In this document: positions 18,723 through 27,824 of the stretch, one piece after another
Position numbering within the stretch: the stretch's first letter is position 1
Layout: each line of letters begins with the position of its first letter
DNA from: Sedimentisphaerales bacterium
Lineage (GTDB): Bacteria; Planctomycetota; Phycisphaerae; Sedimentisphaerales; Anaerobacaceae
Direction: 5' to 3'
Length of the DNA stretch: 64,000 nucleotides
Assembly: GCA_035528395.1 (NCBI GenBank)
Contig: DATKYR010000119.1
Coordinates: 1,702-65,701 of the forward strand
Notes under the pieces: model-generated
Told to the model about the DNA's origin: nothing
Seen by the model: only the letters and a program-made list of their open reading frames with translations
Databases searched by the model: none
Position numbers and translations under genes: made by a program

Positions 18723-19513
18723 CAGCTATTACCTGACTGTGGTTTTGGCAGGGTCATCTTGAATTTGCTTCCCTTGGCGGGTTTGGATTCGACCGAAATC
18801 AAACCCTCGTGTTCGGCTATTATCTTTTTGCAGAAAGCCAGACCAAGTCCGGCCCCTGAATACTTGGACGACGAGCTCTTATTTGTTTTTGTTGTGAAGA
18901 ACGAGTCGAAAATATTATTCAAATCGGCTGGTTCAATTCCCTCGCCGGTGTCGGTAACTTCTATCTCAACCATATCACTTTTCTCTGTTGCCTTGACGGT
19001 CAAAATACCGCCTCGCGGCAGCATCGCATCACGGGCGTTAAGAATCAAATTCATTAAAACCTGTTGAATCTGGACCGGCACCCCCCAGACCGTTAAGTCT
19101 TCAGGAATACAGGTTTCTACGGTTATCCCGTCCTTCGCAAAATCCCGGCAAAGACAGGTAAAAATCTCCTCGACCAAAGTAAGTAATCGAGAATTTTTCT
19201 TTTCCTGCGTTCGGCCGTTTGCCAACGCGAGCATACTTTCCATAATTTTTGAGGCACGCTCACAACTTCGGACAGTTTTTTGAAGTGCTTTTTCAACGAA
19301 ATCCCTATCGTCAGGGTTCTCCAGAGCAACAGCCGCATAACTCCTCAATGGTGTGAGCAGATTGTTGATTTCGTGGGCTATCATGTAGCTGGCTGTACCC
19401 ATGTTAGCAAGGTGCTGGAGTTGAGCAAGCTGGGATTTTAAGGCGTCGTTATCCTGCTGCTGATTTTCCAGACGTTTGTGTAAAGAAAAGCGTTTTTGCG
19501 TAATACTTGCCAA
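18722..19513 (-). CDS. cytoplasmic sensor histidine kinase without a recognisable input domain (coiled coil + HisKA + HATPase_c)
   Basis: H-box MIAHEINNLLTPL, N-box LILNARDA, G-boxes DTGEGIEP and GAGLGLAFC. No TM segments. Confidence 0.85.
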   Translation of the reverse strand: MASITQKRFSLHKRLENQQQDNDALKSQLAQLQHLANMGTASYMIAHEINNLLTPLRSYAAVALENPDDRDFVEKALQKTVRSCERASKIMESMLALANGRTQEKKNSRLLTLVEEIFTCLCRDFAKDGITVETCIPEDLTVWGVPVQIQQVLMNLILNARDAMLPRGGILTVKATEKSDMVEIEVTDTGEGIEPADLNNIFDSFFTTKTNKSSSSKYSGAGLGLAFCKKIIAEHEGLISVESKPAKGSKFKMTLPKPQSGNS

Positions 19514-19611
19514 TTGTCTGCTCCTGCTATAAAATTCAGCCGTTAGTGGTTATTATTAATAGGAAACTCTTGACTTACAAGTATCTATATCGACTTTTAA
19601 TGCGTTTTTTC

Positions 19612-19651
19612 TTGAACCACGAAATACGATATACTAAATACGATATACGAA
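19612..19651 (+). promoter_or_regulatory. candidate promoter (TTGAAC - 17 nt - TAAATA) overlapped by four phased ATACGAT-type heptamers
   Basis: TTGAAC is at 19612-19617 and TAAATA at 19635-19640. The heptamer array ATACGAT ATACTAA ATACGAT ATACGAA spans 19624-19651 and ends 2 nt before the ATG at 19654. The same heptamer array is at 40253..40301. Confidence 0.4.
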
Positions 19652-19653
19652 AA

Positions 19654-19920
19654 ATGAACGAACAGAGGATTTTAGAAGAGCTTTTAGCACTTTTGGAAGC
19701 AAACGGCGTTACAATCCGTGATGAGCCGCTTGGTGGAAGCGGCGGGGGGCTTTGCACTATAAAAGGGCAGCATATTTTCTTTGTGGATACCCAGGCCCCC
19801 TCGGCTGTAGTGGCAGCAATTTGTGCCGAGGTGGTGCCGAAAGTGGCGGATATTGAGCAGGTATATATCAAACCGGAAGTCCGCCAATTTATCGAAAATC
19901 ACAACAATCAAATTATCTGA
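19654..19920 (+). CDS. small hypothetical protein (88 aa)
   Basis: ATG at 19654 (MNEQRILEELL...). The upstream part of the 19507..19920 track ORF covers promoter and repeat sequence. No motif recognised. Confidence 0.55.
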   Translation: MNEQRILEELLALLEANGVTIRDEPLGGSGGGLCTIKGQHIFFVDTQAPSAVVAAICAEVVPKVADIEQVYIKPEVRQFIENHNNQII

Positions 19921-19934
19921 AAGGTGGTGTAACC

Positions 19935-22900
19935 TTGAAAAGAATATGGCTGGCGATATTTCTGCTCTTTATGGCCGGGCTGCTCCACGATTCAAAGGCG
20001 GCAGCAAAGTCATCCTCTGCGAATACGGCGGAGAAATTTGCAAATTCGGTCGGTATGAAGTTTGTCCGCATAGAACCAGGCTCTTTTCTGATGGGGCAAA
20101 AAGATGGCGGCGATTGGGACGAAAAGCCTGTGCACAGGGTTACAATCACCAAACCTTTTTGGATGTCCGTGACTGAAGTTACCAATGCTCAGTATGAGCA
20201 GTTCGACACCGAGCACAAAAGGCTTCGTGGGAAACTCGGCTTCTCCAAACAGGATGACGAGGCGGTCGTTTTTGTGAGCTGGCACGATGCGGTCAAATTC
20301 TGCGAATGGCTCTCGAAAAAGGAAGACAAACTCTATCGTCTGCCGACTGAAGCCGAGTGGGAGTATGCCTGCCGTGCCGGCACTACCACTGCCTACCACA
20401 CTGGTAATAAACTGCCCGGGGAGTTTCACAAGAATGCTCGGATAAGCTGGTTCCCCGACCCGGCACGCCGCCGCAAAGGCGCTGAGCCGGTGTCGCTTAC
20501 GGTCGGTCGGACGATGCCGAATTCGTGGGGTCTTTTCGACATGCACGGCAATGTAGAAGAATGGTGTAGTGATTGGTACGGACCATACAGCCGGGATGCC
20601 CAGACAGACCCCGTGGGTTTTGGATCCGGCGATTTCAAGGTTACCCGCGGCGGCAGTCACAGCACTGAGATTTTATTCATCCGCTCAGCCAACCGGCTTG
20701 CCACACTGCCGGATAATAAGAGCTGGCTGATAGGCTTCCGAGTGGTCCAAGGCCCGATGCCGGCCACAAAGCCGCTTACCGTCCCTTCGCCACCCTTGAA
20801 CCAGCAAAATATAAAGCAGCAGATTCCTGACGACTTACACAAAGGCCCGGACCCGGACAAACCGTACTTCAAAGGCCCAATCGAATATGTCAAAATACCT
20901 CCGGGTTCTAACGGCCCTATGTACTCCGAGCACAACCACGACCCGGCGTTGGTTGATTGTCCTAACGGCGACCTCTTAGCTATATGGTATTCGTGCCGGG
21001 ATGAGCCTGGCCGCGAGTTAGCCATCCTGGCTAGTCGATTACGATATGGTACCGAAGATTGGGAGCCGGCCTCGGCCTTCTGGGATGCACCGGACCGCAA
21101 CGACCATGCTCCTGCTTTTTGGTTTGACGGCCGAGATACCATTTATCACTTCAACGGCCTCTCGGCAGCAGCCACATGGGGCAATCTCGCCACGGTTATG
21201 AGAATTTCAACTGACAGTGGGGCCACATGGTCGAAGGCACGGCTCATCAATCCGGAGCACGGCCTTCGTCACATGCCTGTCGAATCGGTATTTCAGACAC
21301 GAGAGGGTTTTATCGTTTTACCTTGTGATGCGGTAACCGGCGGCAATGGCGGAACGGCTGTGCACATCAGTCGCGATGGTGGCAGTACGTGGATTGACCA
21401 CGGCGCCGGAAAGCCAAATCCGAGCTTTGCGTCGGGTTCAACCGGAGCGTGGATAGCCGGTATTCACGCTGGTGTAACGCAGCTTAAAGATGGCAGTTTA
21501 ATGGCCTTCGGCCGCAGCAACAATATCAATGGTCGTATGCCGATGAGTATCTCAGTAGATATGGGGCGCACCTGGACTTATTCGGCCAGTGAATTCCAGC
21601 CAATCGGCAGTGGACAACGATTGATTCTCAGGCGATTACACGAAGACCCCATTTTATTTGTGAGCTTTGCCGACCGCAGAAAAGGTATGGATATCCCCGA
21701 TGCCGCCGGCAACCAACGTCTTGTGTACGGAATGTTCGCGGCCCTTTCTTTTGACGAGGGCAAAACCTGGCCTTGCAAGCGCCTTCTAACGGCAGGGGGG
21801 CCGGCCAGAAAACTTGACGGCGGAGGCAATACCGGCCCATTTACAATGGACGAAACCCACGCCGAACCCAGAGGGTATCTGGCCGCTACTCAAACGCCGA
21901 ACGGGCTTATTCATCTTATCAGCAGTAAGCAATACTACGTTTTTAATCTGGCCTGGCTCAAACAGCTCACACCAACTGCGGTGACAGAGAAACCACAGAC
22001 ACCGGACTATTCGTCCGTCCCCGGTGTTGTTATTGACCACAGCCCGGCTGCAACCGGAAAGTACTTAGGTTCACCAAGTCTGGCTGTTTTGCCCAACGGT
22101 CATTACGTAGCTTCGCATGATTTTTTCGGGCCGAAAACAAAAGAAGATCATACTGCTATATTTTGTTCCAAAAATGCTGGAAAAACATGGGAGAAATTAA
22201 CTGTTTTTAAAGGTCAGTACTGGTCAACACTTTTTGTACACAAAGGGGCACTTTATATTATCGGCACAAGCACTCATAACGGCTATGTCGTTATCCGCCG
22301 GTCCACGGACGGAGGTCTGACATGGACAACGCCGAAAGACCGGAACACAGGACTGTTGATTGCACAAGGCGAGTATCATTGCGCCCCCGTCCCGGTTGTG
22401 GTACATAACGGACGAATCTGGCGGGCGATGGAAGACAGGTATCCCCCCAAAGGGTGGGGAAGCAATCTCCGGTCTTTTGTTATGTCGGCTCCAATCGATG
22501 CAGATTTGTTGAAAGCGGACAGTTGGACGATGAGCAACCGTCTTAGCTTTGACCAGCAATGGCCCGGAAAAGCCTGGCTGGAGGGCAATATTGTCATCAC
22601 ACCGCAAAATAAGCTCGTAAATATTTTGCGGGTAGAATGTGAAGACGCGGAAATAGCCGCCATTGTCCGCATTTCTGATGATGGTAAGTCGGTCTCCTTT
22701 GATCCTGAGAAAGACTTTATCGATTTCTTCGGCGGCTCGAACAAATTTACCATTCGTTACGACAGGTTGACCAAACGTTATTGGTCACTCGTCAATAAAC
22801 AAAAAAATCCCAGGGCCTACCGTAACATCCTAACGCTGGTATCTTCCGGGGATTTGAGAAACTGGAAGGTCGAATCTATTATTCTCCGCCATCATGACAG

Positions 22901-23105
22901 CGAAAAGCATGCTTTTCAATATATAGACTGGCTCTTCGAAGGTAATGATATCATTGCCGTTTCCCGAACTGCTTACGATGATGGCCTGGGTGGTGCCCAT
23001 ACGGCCCATGATGCAAACTATATAACCTTTCATCGAATTCGCAATTTCCGTGAGCTTACACATGAGGACTCGCCTGTAAAAAGGAGTAACAAAAATGGCA
23101 GTTAA
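19935..23105 (+). CDS. secreted fusion protein: FGE/SUMF1 (formylglycine-generating-enzyme-like) domain + two BNR/sialidase-like beta-propeller domains
   Basis: TTG start with AAGGTGGTG upstream. Signal peptide MKRIWLAIFLLFMAGLL. FGE motifs: RLPTEAEWEYACRAG, NSWGLFDMHGNVEEW, RGGSH. Six BNR (SxDxGxTW-type) motifs: STDSGATW, SRDGGSTW, SVDMGRTW, SFDEGKTW, SKNAGKTW, STDGGLTW. Confidence 0.8.
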   Translation: MKRIWLAIFLLFMAGLLHDSKAAAKSSSANTAEKFANSVGMKFVRIEPGSFLMGQKDGGDWDEKPVHRVTITKPFWMSVTEVTNAQYEQFDTEHKRLRGKLGFSKQDDEAVVFVSWHDAVKFCEWLSKKEDKLYRLPTEAEWEYACRAGTTTAYHTGNKLPGEFHKNARISWFPDPARRRKGAEPVSLTVGRTMPNSWGLFDMHGNVEEWCSDWYGPYSRDAQTDPVGFGSGDFKVTRGGSHSTEILFIRSANRLATLPDNKSWLIGFRVVQGPMPATKPLTVPSPPLNQQNIKQQIPDDLHKGPDPDKPYFKGPIEYVKIPPGSNGPMYSEHNHDPALVDCPNGDLLAIWYSCRDEPGRELAILASRLRYGTEDWEPASAFWDAPDRNDHAPAFWFDGRDTIYHFNGLSAAATWGNLATVMRISTDSGATWSKARLINPEHGLRHMPVESVFQTREGFIVLPCDAVTGGNGGTAVHISRDGGSTWIDHGAGKPNPSFASGSTGAWIAGIHAGVTQLKDGSLMAFGRSNNINGRMPMSISVDMGRTWTYSASEFQPIGSGQRLILRRLHEDPILFVSFADRRKGMDIPDAAGNQRLVYGMFAALSFDEGKTWPCKRLLTAGGPARKLDGGGNTGPFTMDETHAEPRGYLAATQTPNGLIHLISSKQYYVFNLAWLKQLTPTAVTEKPQTPDYSSVPGVVIDHSPAATGKYLGSPSLAVLPNGHYVASHDFFGPKTKEDHTAIFCSKNAGKTWEKLTVFKGQYWSTLFVHKGALYIIGTSTHNGYVVIRRSTDGGLTWTTPKDRNTGLLIAQGEYHCAPVPVVVHNGRIWRAMEDRYPPKGWGSNLRSFVMSAPIDADLLKADSWTMSNRLSFDQQWPGKAWLEGNIVITPQNKLVNILRVECEDAEIAAIVRISDDGKSVSFDPEKDFIDFFGGSNKFTIRYDRLTKRYWSLVNKQKNPRAYRNILTLVSSGDLRNWKVESIILRHHDSEKHAFQYIDWLFEGNDIIAVSRTAYDDGLGGAHTAHDANYITFHRIRNFRELTHEDSPVKRSNKNGS

Positions 23106-23610
23106 AAAGGTAGCTATTATGGTTGACGAGATGTATCAGGTTCTTGAGGTCTGGTACCCTTACTATCGCCTCAAAGAAGCCGGCCTGGAGGTTAATTTCG
23201 TTGCTGCCGAGGTAAAAAAGGAATATCATTCAAAAGAGGGCTATCCCTGTGTCTCGGAAATTGCGGCCGGAGAAGCTGATGCCGGCGATTATGATTGTAT
23301 GGTGGTGCCGGGCGGGTTCGCTCCGGATTTTATGCGAAGAAACGCTGATGTCATAAAGTTTGCAAATGATATGGTAAATGCCGGCAGGGTTATAGCGGCT
23401 ATCTGTCATGGCGGATGGCTGTTGTGCAGCACGCCGGTTTACAAGGGCAAAAAGGCAACCTGTTTTATGGCTATTAAAGATGATATTATAAACGCCGGCG
23501 CCGAGTATATAGATGCCGAGTGCGTTGTCGATGGAAATTTGATTACATCACGCAAACCGGATGATTTACCGGCCTTTTGCACAGCTATCTTAAAAGCTCT
23601 CGGAAAATAA
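23095..23610 (+). CDS. DJ-1/PfpI family protein (class I glutamine-amidotransferase-like)
   Basis: Nucleophile elbow AAICHGGWLL. AAGGAG lies upstream of the ATG. Overlaps the preceding gene by 11 nt. Confidence 0.8.
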   Translation: MAVKKVAIMVDEMYQVLEVWYPYYRLKEAGLEVNFVAAEVKKEYHSKEGYPCVSEIAAGEADAGDYDCMVVPGGFAPDFMRRNADVIKFANDMVNAGRVIAAICHGGWLLCSTPVYKGKKATCFMAIKDDIINAGAEYIDAECVVDGNLITSRKPDDLPAFCTAILKALGK

Positions 23611-23638
23611 TGAGTAAGCGAATAGGAGCAATTTTCTT

Positions 23639-24121
23639 ATGAAGCGGACAAAAACTGAGAATGAGCGGGAAAAGACCCCTATGGTACTCGTGGTTGATGA
23701 CAATCAGCAGAATCTTGAACTCTTGCAGGCGTATCTTGAGGATGTGGATTGTCAGACAGTCCCGGCACGCGATGGGCTCGCGGCGCTGGAGATTATAGCC
23801 AAGAACCCCCCTGATTTGATTTTACTGGATGTGATGATGCCGAAAATGAGCGGCTTTGAGGTCTGCAAAAGAATAAAAAACGACCCCAAAACCTCTGATA
23901 TTCCTGTCATAATGGTAACCGCACTTAATGAATTTGGCGATATTGAACGGGCCATTGATTCGGGCACCGATGATTTTCTAAGTAAACCGGTGAACAAGCT
24001 CGAACTTTTAACACGAATTAAAACTATGCTGAAATTAAAACACTTAAGCGACAAACTTGAGCGCACTTTGGCATATTTGAGCGAGATAGAAAAACAGGCA
24101 CAAATGGCAAAGTCCGATTAG
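23639..24121 (+). CDS. single-domain response regulator (receiver only)
   Basis: Motifs VLVVDDN, phospho-acceptor context LILLDVMMP, and DFLSKP. Confidence 0.85.
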   Translation: MKRTKTENEREKTPMVLVVDDNQQNLELLQAYLEDVDCQTVPARDGLAALEIIAKNPPDLILLDVMMPKMSGFEVCKRIKNDPKTSDIPVIMVTALNEFGDIERAIDSGTDDFLSKPVNKLELLTRIKTMLKLKHLSDKLERTLAYLSEIEKQAQMAKSD

Positions 24122-24200
24122 GAATTGTACTTAAAGGCCTTACTATAACGAGCCGCCATTGCCATTATTGGGCTTTGTGCTATTAATAAAATATAAGGTG

Positions 24201-24234
24201 ACACCCCCCCAACTTGTTTGAGGGGTGTTTTTGT
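24201..24234 (+). terminator. probable rho-independent terminator (ACACCCC ... GGGGTGT then TTTTTG)
   Basis: A 7-bp GC-rich stem with a 14-nt loop, directly followed by a T-run, about 80 nt downstream of the response regulator stop. Confidence 0.55.
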
Positions 24235-24571
24235 GTTAATAGTGAAATTTGGATTGCGGTAACAGCCGTCTTATAGGCCAATCTCCTGAAAGCAGGGGGG
24301 TAAAAAACCCGATAACCGCCTTCTAAAATCCTAACAATCCGCACATCACACACAATCGCCACAACGAAAAGACAAAATTAAAAATCAGCCAATGAAAAAC
24401 CAAAAAATGGCTTAATCCACTTACGCCTATTGTCGATACTTTAGTCGACGCATTCTGGTAATCTTGTGAAAAAGTGCTGGTCGGTAATCACACAAGGAAG
24501 CGGCAATAATAGCAGGGCGACAGGGTCCAGAGTGTAAATCAAGAATCAAATTTGGCTCCGAGGGAGGGTGT

Positions 24572-26191
24572 ATGAGTCAGTTACTGGAAATTCTTGGTAG
24601 GGCGATAACCATCGATATTGCCGATTTGATATGGCATTGGTTAAATGCAGCCAAACTTCCGAAAGACGACAGCCAATCTGCCCGATACAGTCAGCTAAAC
24701 AAAGCCATTGAGCTAATTGGTGTTAAGAAGCTCGATGCCGCCGCTGAGCAGATGAGGATGTATCTGTTTGAAAATCCTTCCTGTACATACGGACGCCTTG
24801 CAGCGGCTGACATTTGTCTGTATAATAACCATCTGCAGGAGGCAATCAAAGAGCTAAACTCGGTTTATCTCCGCGAGCCGACTAATACAATGGCCCTTTA
24901 TGCCCTCGGCTATTGTTATGAACGACTCGGCAAAGAGTCTCAGGCTATCGAATTCTATCAGGACTGCCTGAAGTTCAAAAGCTATTTACAGCTTCCCGCC
25001 CAGCGAATGGCTGCCATTTACTTCAAAAATGGCCAGCTCGAAAAAACCATAGAGCAATATGAGATATTGAAAAATGAATACCCTGACGACATATCAACAC
25101 TTGTAACGCTTGGGCATCTGTATATTGCCACCACCAGATATATGCAGGCTATCGAAACGTTTAACACCGCCATCTTAATACATCCGGACAACTTCCACAA
25201 TCAGGATGATATAGACCAGCTTATTGTCGAGGGCCAATTCCAGGAGGCATTGGAGCTGCTTGAGGATTTGTTGCAGGCACAATCCAACAGGGCCGATTTG
25301 CTTATGAAGCATGCCGATGTCCTTCGTGTGCTGGGTGCTTGCGATGATGCTATTTTGCAATACGAAGAGGCTCTCCGTATCTGTCCGGATTTCCTCGAGG
25401 CCACTATAAAGCTCGGTACACAATATTTGCAGCTGCACCAGGTACGGCTTGCCGCACAACAATTTAACAAGGCCGTTGAGATAAACGACAAAATAGTTGA
25501 TGCGTACATCGGCCTGGCAACTTCCCAAAAATTAGCCGGCAACCTCTCGGACGCCTTCGGGACATTATCACTCGCAGCGTCGATTCAGCCAAACAGCTCA
25601 CTGTTATTCGCCGAGACTGCTGCTTTGCGATTCCAGGACGGCCTTAACAAGAATTTGCCCTTTGATAATGAATATAATAATGTACTGGAAGACCCCATAA
25701 ACCTTACTAAAGCTGTAATTGACGCACATTGTCAACAAATTACCCATCGCCCGCAAAATCCGGATTTGCATTATAGACTTGGTGTGCTTATGACCAGCAT
25801 AGGAAGGTTAACCGAAGCTATTCAATCATTCCAAACGGTCCTGGAGATAAATCCCGATTATAATAGAGCCAGAAGCAAATTGGCCATCTGTCTGTTTGAA
25901 ATAAACCAAAAAGCCAAAGCCCTCGAACATCTGTCCGGTCCTGTCCGTCTCGATAAAGATACACTTGAGCTACACTACAAGACGGCCTTGCTTTATTGTG
26001 ATAAGGTAAAGTTCGCATCGTCTCTTATGAACCTTGAGCGTCACTTAGAGAATAATTTCGCCCGTCCGGATGCTGCGGTGAACATCTCAATAGTCCTCCA
26101 GAACTTAGGCCTGTTGGACAGGGTAACTACTATGTGGGACAATCTCTCAGATACCGCCGACCAGGCGATTAACGCCGATTATCCGCTCTAA
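24572..26191 (+). CDS. tetratricopeptide (TPR) repeat protein
   Basis: GAGGGAGG lies upstream of the ATG. Repeated 34-aa A..Y..A/G..P helical patterns run throughout (e.g. ALYALGYCYERLGKESQAIEFYQDCLKF). Confidence 0.75.
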   Translation: MSQLLEILGRAITIDIADLIWHWLNAAKLPKDDSQSARYSQLNKAIELIGVKKLDAAAEQMRMYLFENPSCTYGRLAAADICLYNNHLQEAIKELNSVYLREPTNTMALYALGYCYERLGKESQAIEFYQDCLKFKSYLQLPAQRMAAIYFKNGQLEKTIEQYEILKNEYPDDISTLVTLGHLYIATTRYMQAIETFNTAILIHPDNFHNQDDIDQLIVEGQFQEALELLEDLLQAQSNRADLLMKHADVLRVLGACDDAILQYEEALRICPDFLEATIKLGTQYLQLHQVRLAAQQFNKAVEINDKIVDAYIGLATSQKLAGNLSDAFGTLSLAASIQPNSSLLFAETAALRFQDGLNKNLPFDNEYNNVLEDPINLTKAVIDAHCQQITHRPQNPDLHYRLGVLMTSIGRLTEAIQSFQTVLEINPDYNRARSKLAICLFEINQKAKALEHLSGPVRLDKDTLELHYKTALLYCDKVKFASSLMNLERHLENNFARPDAAVNISIVLQNLGLLDRVTTMWDNLSDTADQAINADYPL

Positions 26192-26440
26192 ATAAAGGCC
26201 GACAATATTTAACCGGAAAAATGAAAATAGCCCCATATCGCCCAAAATGCTGAATGAAACATAACATATATTATGGGACGTTAATTATCGCACTTCAAAG
26301 AAGCATCATTTTTTGATTTCTTTCAGGGCTTGTTGTCTTGGGATTCGTGGTGTCTGAGTGTAATCCCACGCTTCTTCCCTTGGCTTGTCTTTATTAGAGT
26401 GCTTCTAAAAACCTTCGGATACTTATAAGGGTTTCAAAAC

Positions 26441-26617
26441 TTACTCGCTTCCGTTTTTCCTTAAGCCATCCATGAATACGATCTCTTGCTGCTCAGCTAC
26501 TTTTTGGGGATCATCATTTAGGTCATTCAATATATTTCTCCATTCTTTGTTATACAGCCTTTGTTTGTTATGATTCTTCAAAAGCTTGCTCAAAGTCATC
26601 GCATCAATCATCGGCAT
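26441..26617 (-). CDS. possible small ORF (58 aa), below the track threshold
   Basis: My own translation is MPMIDAMTLSKLLKNHNKQRLYNKEWRNILNDLNDDPQKVAEQQEIVFMDGLRKNGSE, ending at TAA 26441-26443. Just upstream, in another frame, a 33-codon Cys-containing ORF (MMKEECRNCKSFKPTFYPLHCGDP...) may be a frameshifted remnant. Confidence 0.25.
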   Translation of the reverse strand: MPMIDAMTLSKLLKNHNKQRLYNKEWRNILNDLNDDPQKVAEQQEIVFMDGLRKNGSE

Positions 26618-26794
26618 CGTGTCTTTGTTGGTCTTTTTGTCAGATTCCGTCCATTATCGTTTCTCTATTGGGGTCGCCACAATGTAAAGGATAAAAGGTT
26701 GGCTTGAATGATTTACAATTCCTGCATTCTTCTTTCATCATATATCCTTCTGGAAAAAACCTGCTTTTTACCTAAAATCCGAAGCATAAAGAAA

Positions 26795-26918
26795 AGCACG
26801 AAGCACGAAGCACGAAATTCGAAACAATATCTAATGACTAAAATTCAAATGACCAAAACAGTAAGTTTTCAAAATTTGAACATTTAAATTTCGAATTTGT
26901 TTCGGATTATGAATTTCG
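26795..26918. repeat. palindromic repeat element: AGCACGA x3 tandem heptamers, then a long imperfect hairpin
   Basis: AGCACGA occurs three times at 26795-26815. The arms CGAAATTCGAAACAA (26813-26827) and TTGTTTCGgattatGAATTTCG (26897-26918) pair. The inner arms AAATTCAAATG / CATTTAAATTT also pair. The 14-mer CACGAAGCACGAAG recurs inverted at about 1338-1352. Confidence 0.7.
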
Positions 26919-27014
26919 ATATTCGGATTTAGAATTTAACGTAATTGACATAACGTTCTATATGGTAAGACATTATGTTCAACTAATAAATATGAGCGGC
27001 GCTGTAGCACTAAT

Positions 27015-27695
27015 CTAAAGTCCTATAATCTGGCCAGAGGGACCACGGAGCGATAAAGGCATGCCTAAGATTTCGTAATGCAGAATCGCCATTCTCAGCT
27101 CATCGGGGTCGGCGTAATCCAACAAAACTTCGGAAAGATATTTTGACTCGACAACTTCGTCCATACCTTCACGTTTGCCTACCAGTCCTTCAACCGTTTT
27201 GCTGGTGAATTCCGGAAGCGCTTGGATACTTGTCTGGAGTTCCGAAAGCTCTTCAAAGGCAGGCTGCACTTGTGGGGCCGGTATCGACAATTCAAGGCCA
27301 GGCCTTTTAGGTTTTACCGGTGGTGTTATGGGTTGAGTTCGAGGCGCTTGTTTGGCTTCGGCAGCGTATTTACGTACAACAGGAACAGGATGAGGATGAG
27401 GATGAGCTATTCTTTGCCGTACCGATTGGGCAGAAGGGCGAGACTCTCGCTTTTCTGTGGGATCGAGAGCACGCTGAATCTCCCTAACGAATTGTTCCAG
27501 CACCCCCCTACTGCTCGCGGGTTTACGTTTCTGCTGCTCCTCACTCTGCTCTTGCACCTTTTTCCCCTTTTTTGCTTTGATGATAGTGCCGAGCCCATAG
27601 ACAGCCGCCACAAGAACGAGGACAAGTATATCCATCCAGCCTTCTACGCCGTTGCCGCGAGCAAGCTGAACTAATTGTGCTAAAAGAGCATTCAT
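27015..27695 (-). CDS. hypothetical membrane-anchored protein with a proline/histidine-rich linker (HPHPHPVPVV)
   Basis: One TM segment (ILVLVLVAAVYGLGTII), a charged linker and a conserved-looking C-terminus. It is the last gene of the NfeD-FloA string. Confidence 0.6.
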   Translation of the reverse strand: MNALLAQLVQLARGNGVEGWMDILVLVLVAAVYGLGTIIKAKKGKKVQEQSEEQQKRKPASSRGVLEQFVREIQRALDPTEKRESRPSAQSVRQRIAHPHPHPVPVVRKYAAEAKQAPRTQPITPPVKPKRPGLELSIPAPQVQPAFEELSELQTSIQALPEFTSKTVEGLVGKREGMDEVVESKYLSEVLLDYADPDELRMAILHYEILGMPLSLRGPSGQIIGL

Positions 27696-27718
27696 AATAA
27701 AGTCCTTGTGTTAGGCTA

Positions 27719-27818
27719 CCAGAGTATCAGGTTATCAGAATATCAGGTTAATTTTGTCTTTTCCTGGTATCCTGATTTTCTGATATTCTACGCCCTAATA
27801 TCCTGCTTTCCTGATACC
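27719..27818. repeat. TATCAG / CTGAT(A/T) oligomer array forming an imperfect hairpin in the floA-downstream spacer
   Basis: TATCAG occurs at 27725, 27733 and 27741. Inverted CTGATT/CTGATA occur at 27772, 27780 and 27811. Confidence 0.65.
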
Positions 27819-27824
27819 CTACTT

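Noticed and set aside
20010-21142. 216-aa and 161-aa minus-strand ORFs inside the FGE-BNR gene
   Set aside because: They are shadow ORFs opposite a gene with clear FGE and BNR motifs. Their translations are Arg/Pro/Gly-rich without domain features.
24240-24571. C/A-rich untranslated tract upstream of the TPR gene as a candidate ncRNA
   Set aside because: I could not identify a conserved structure, promoter/terminator pair or known RNA motif. It is most simply a long 5' leader.
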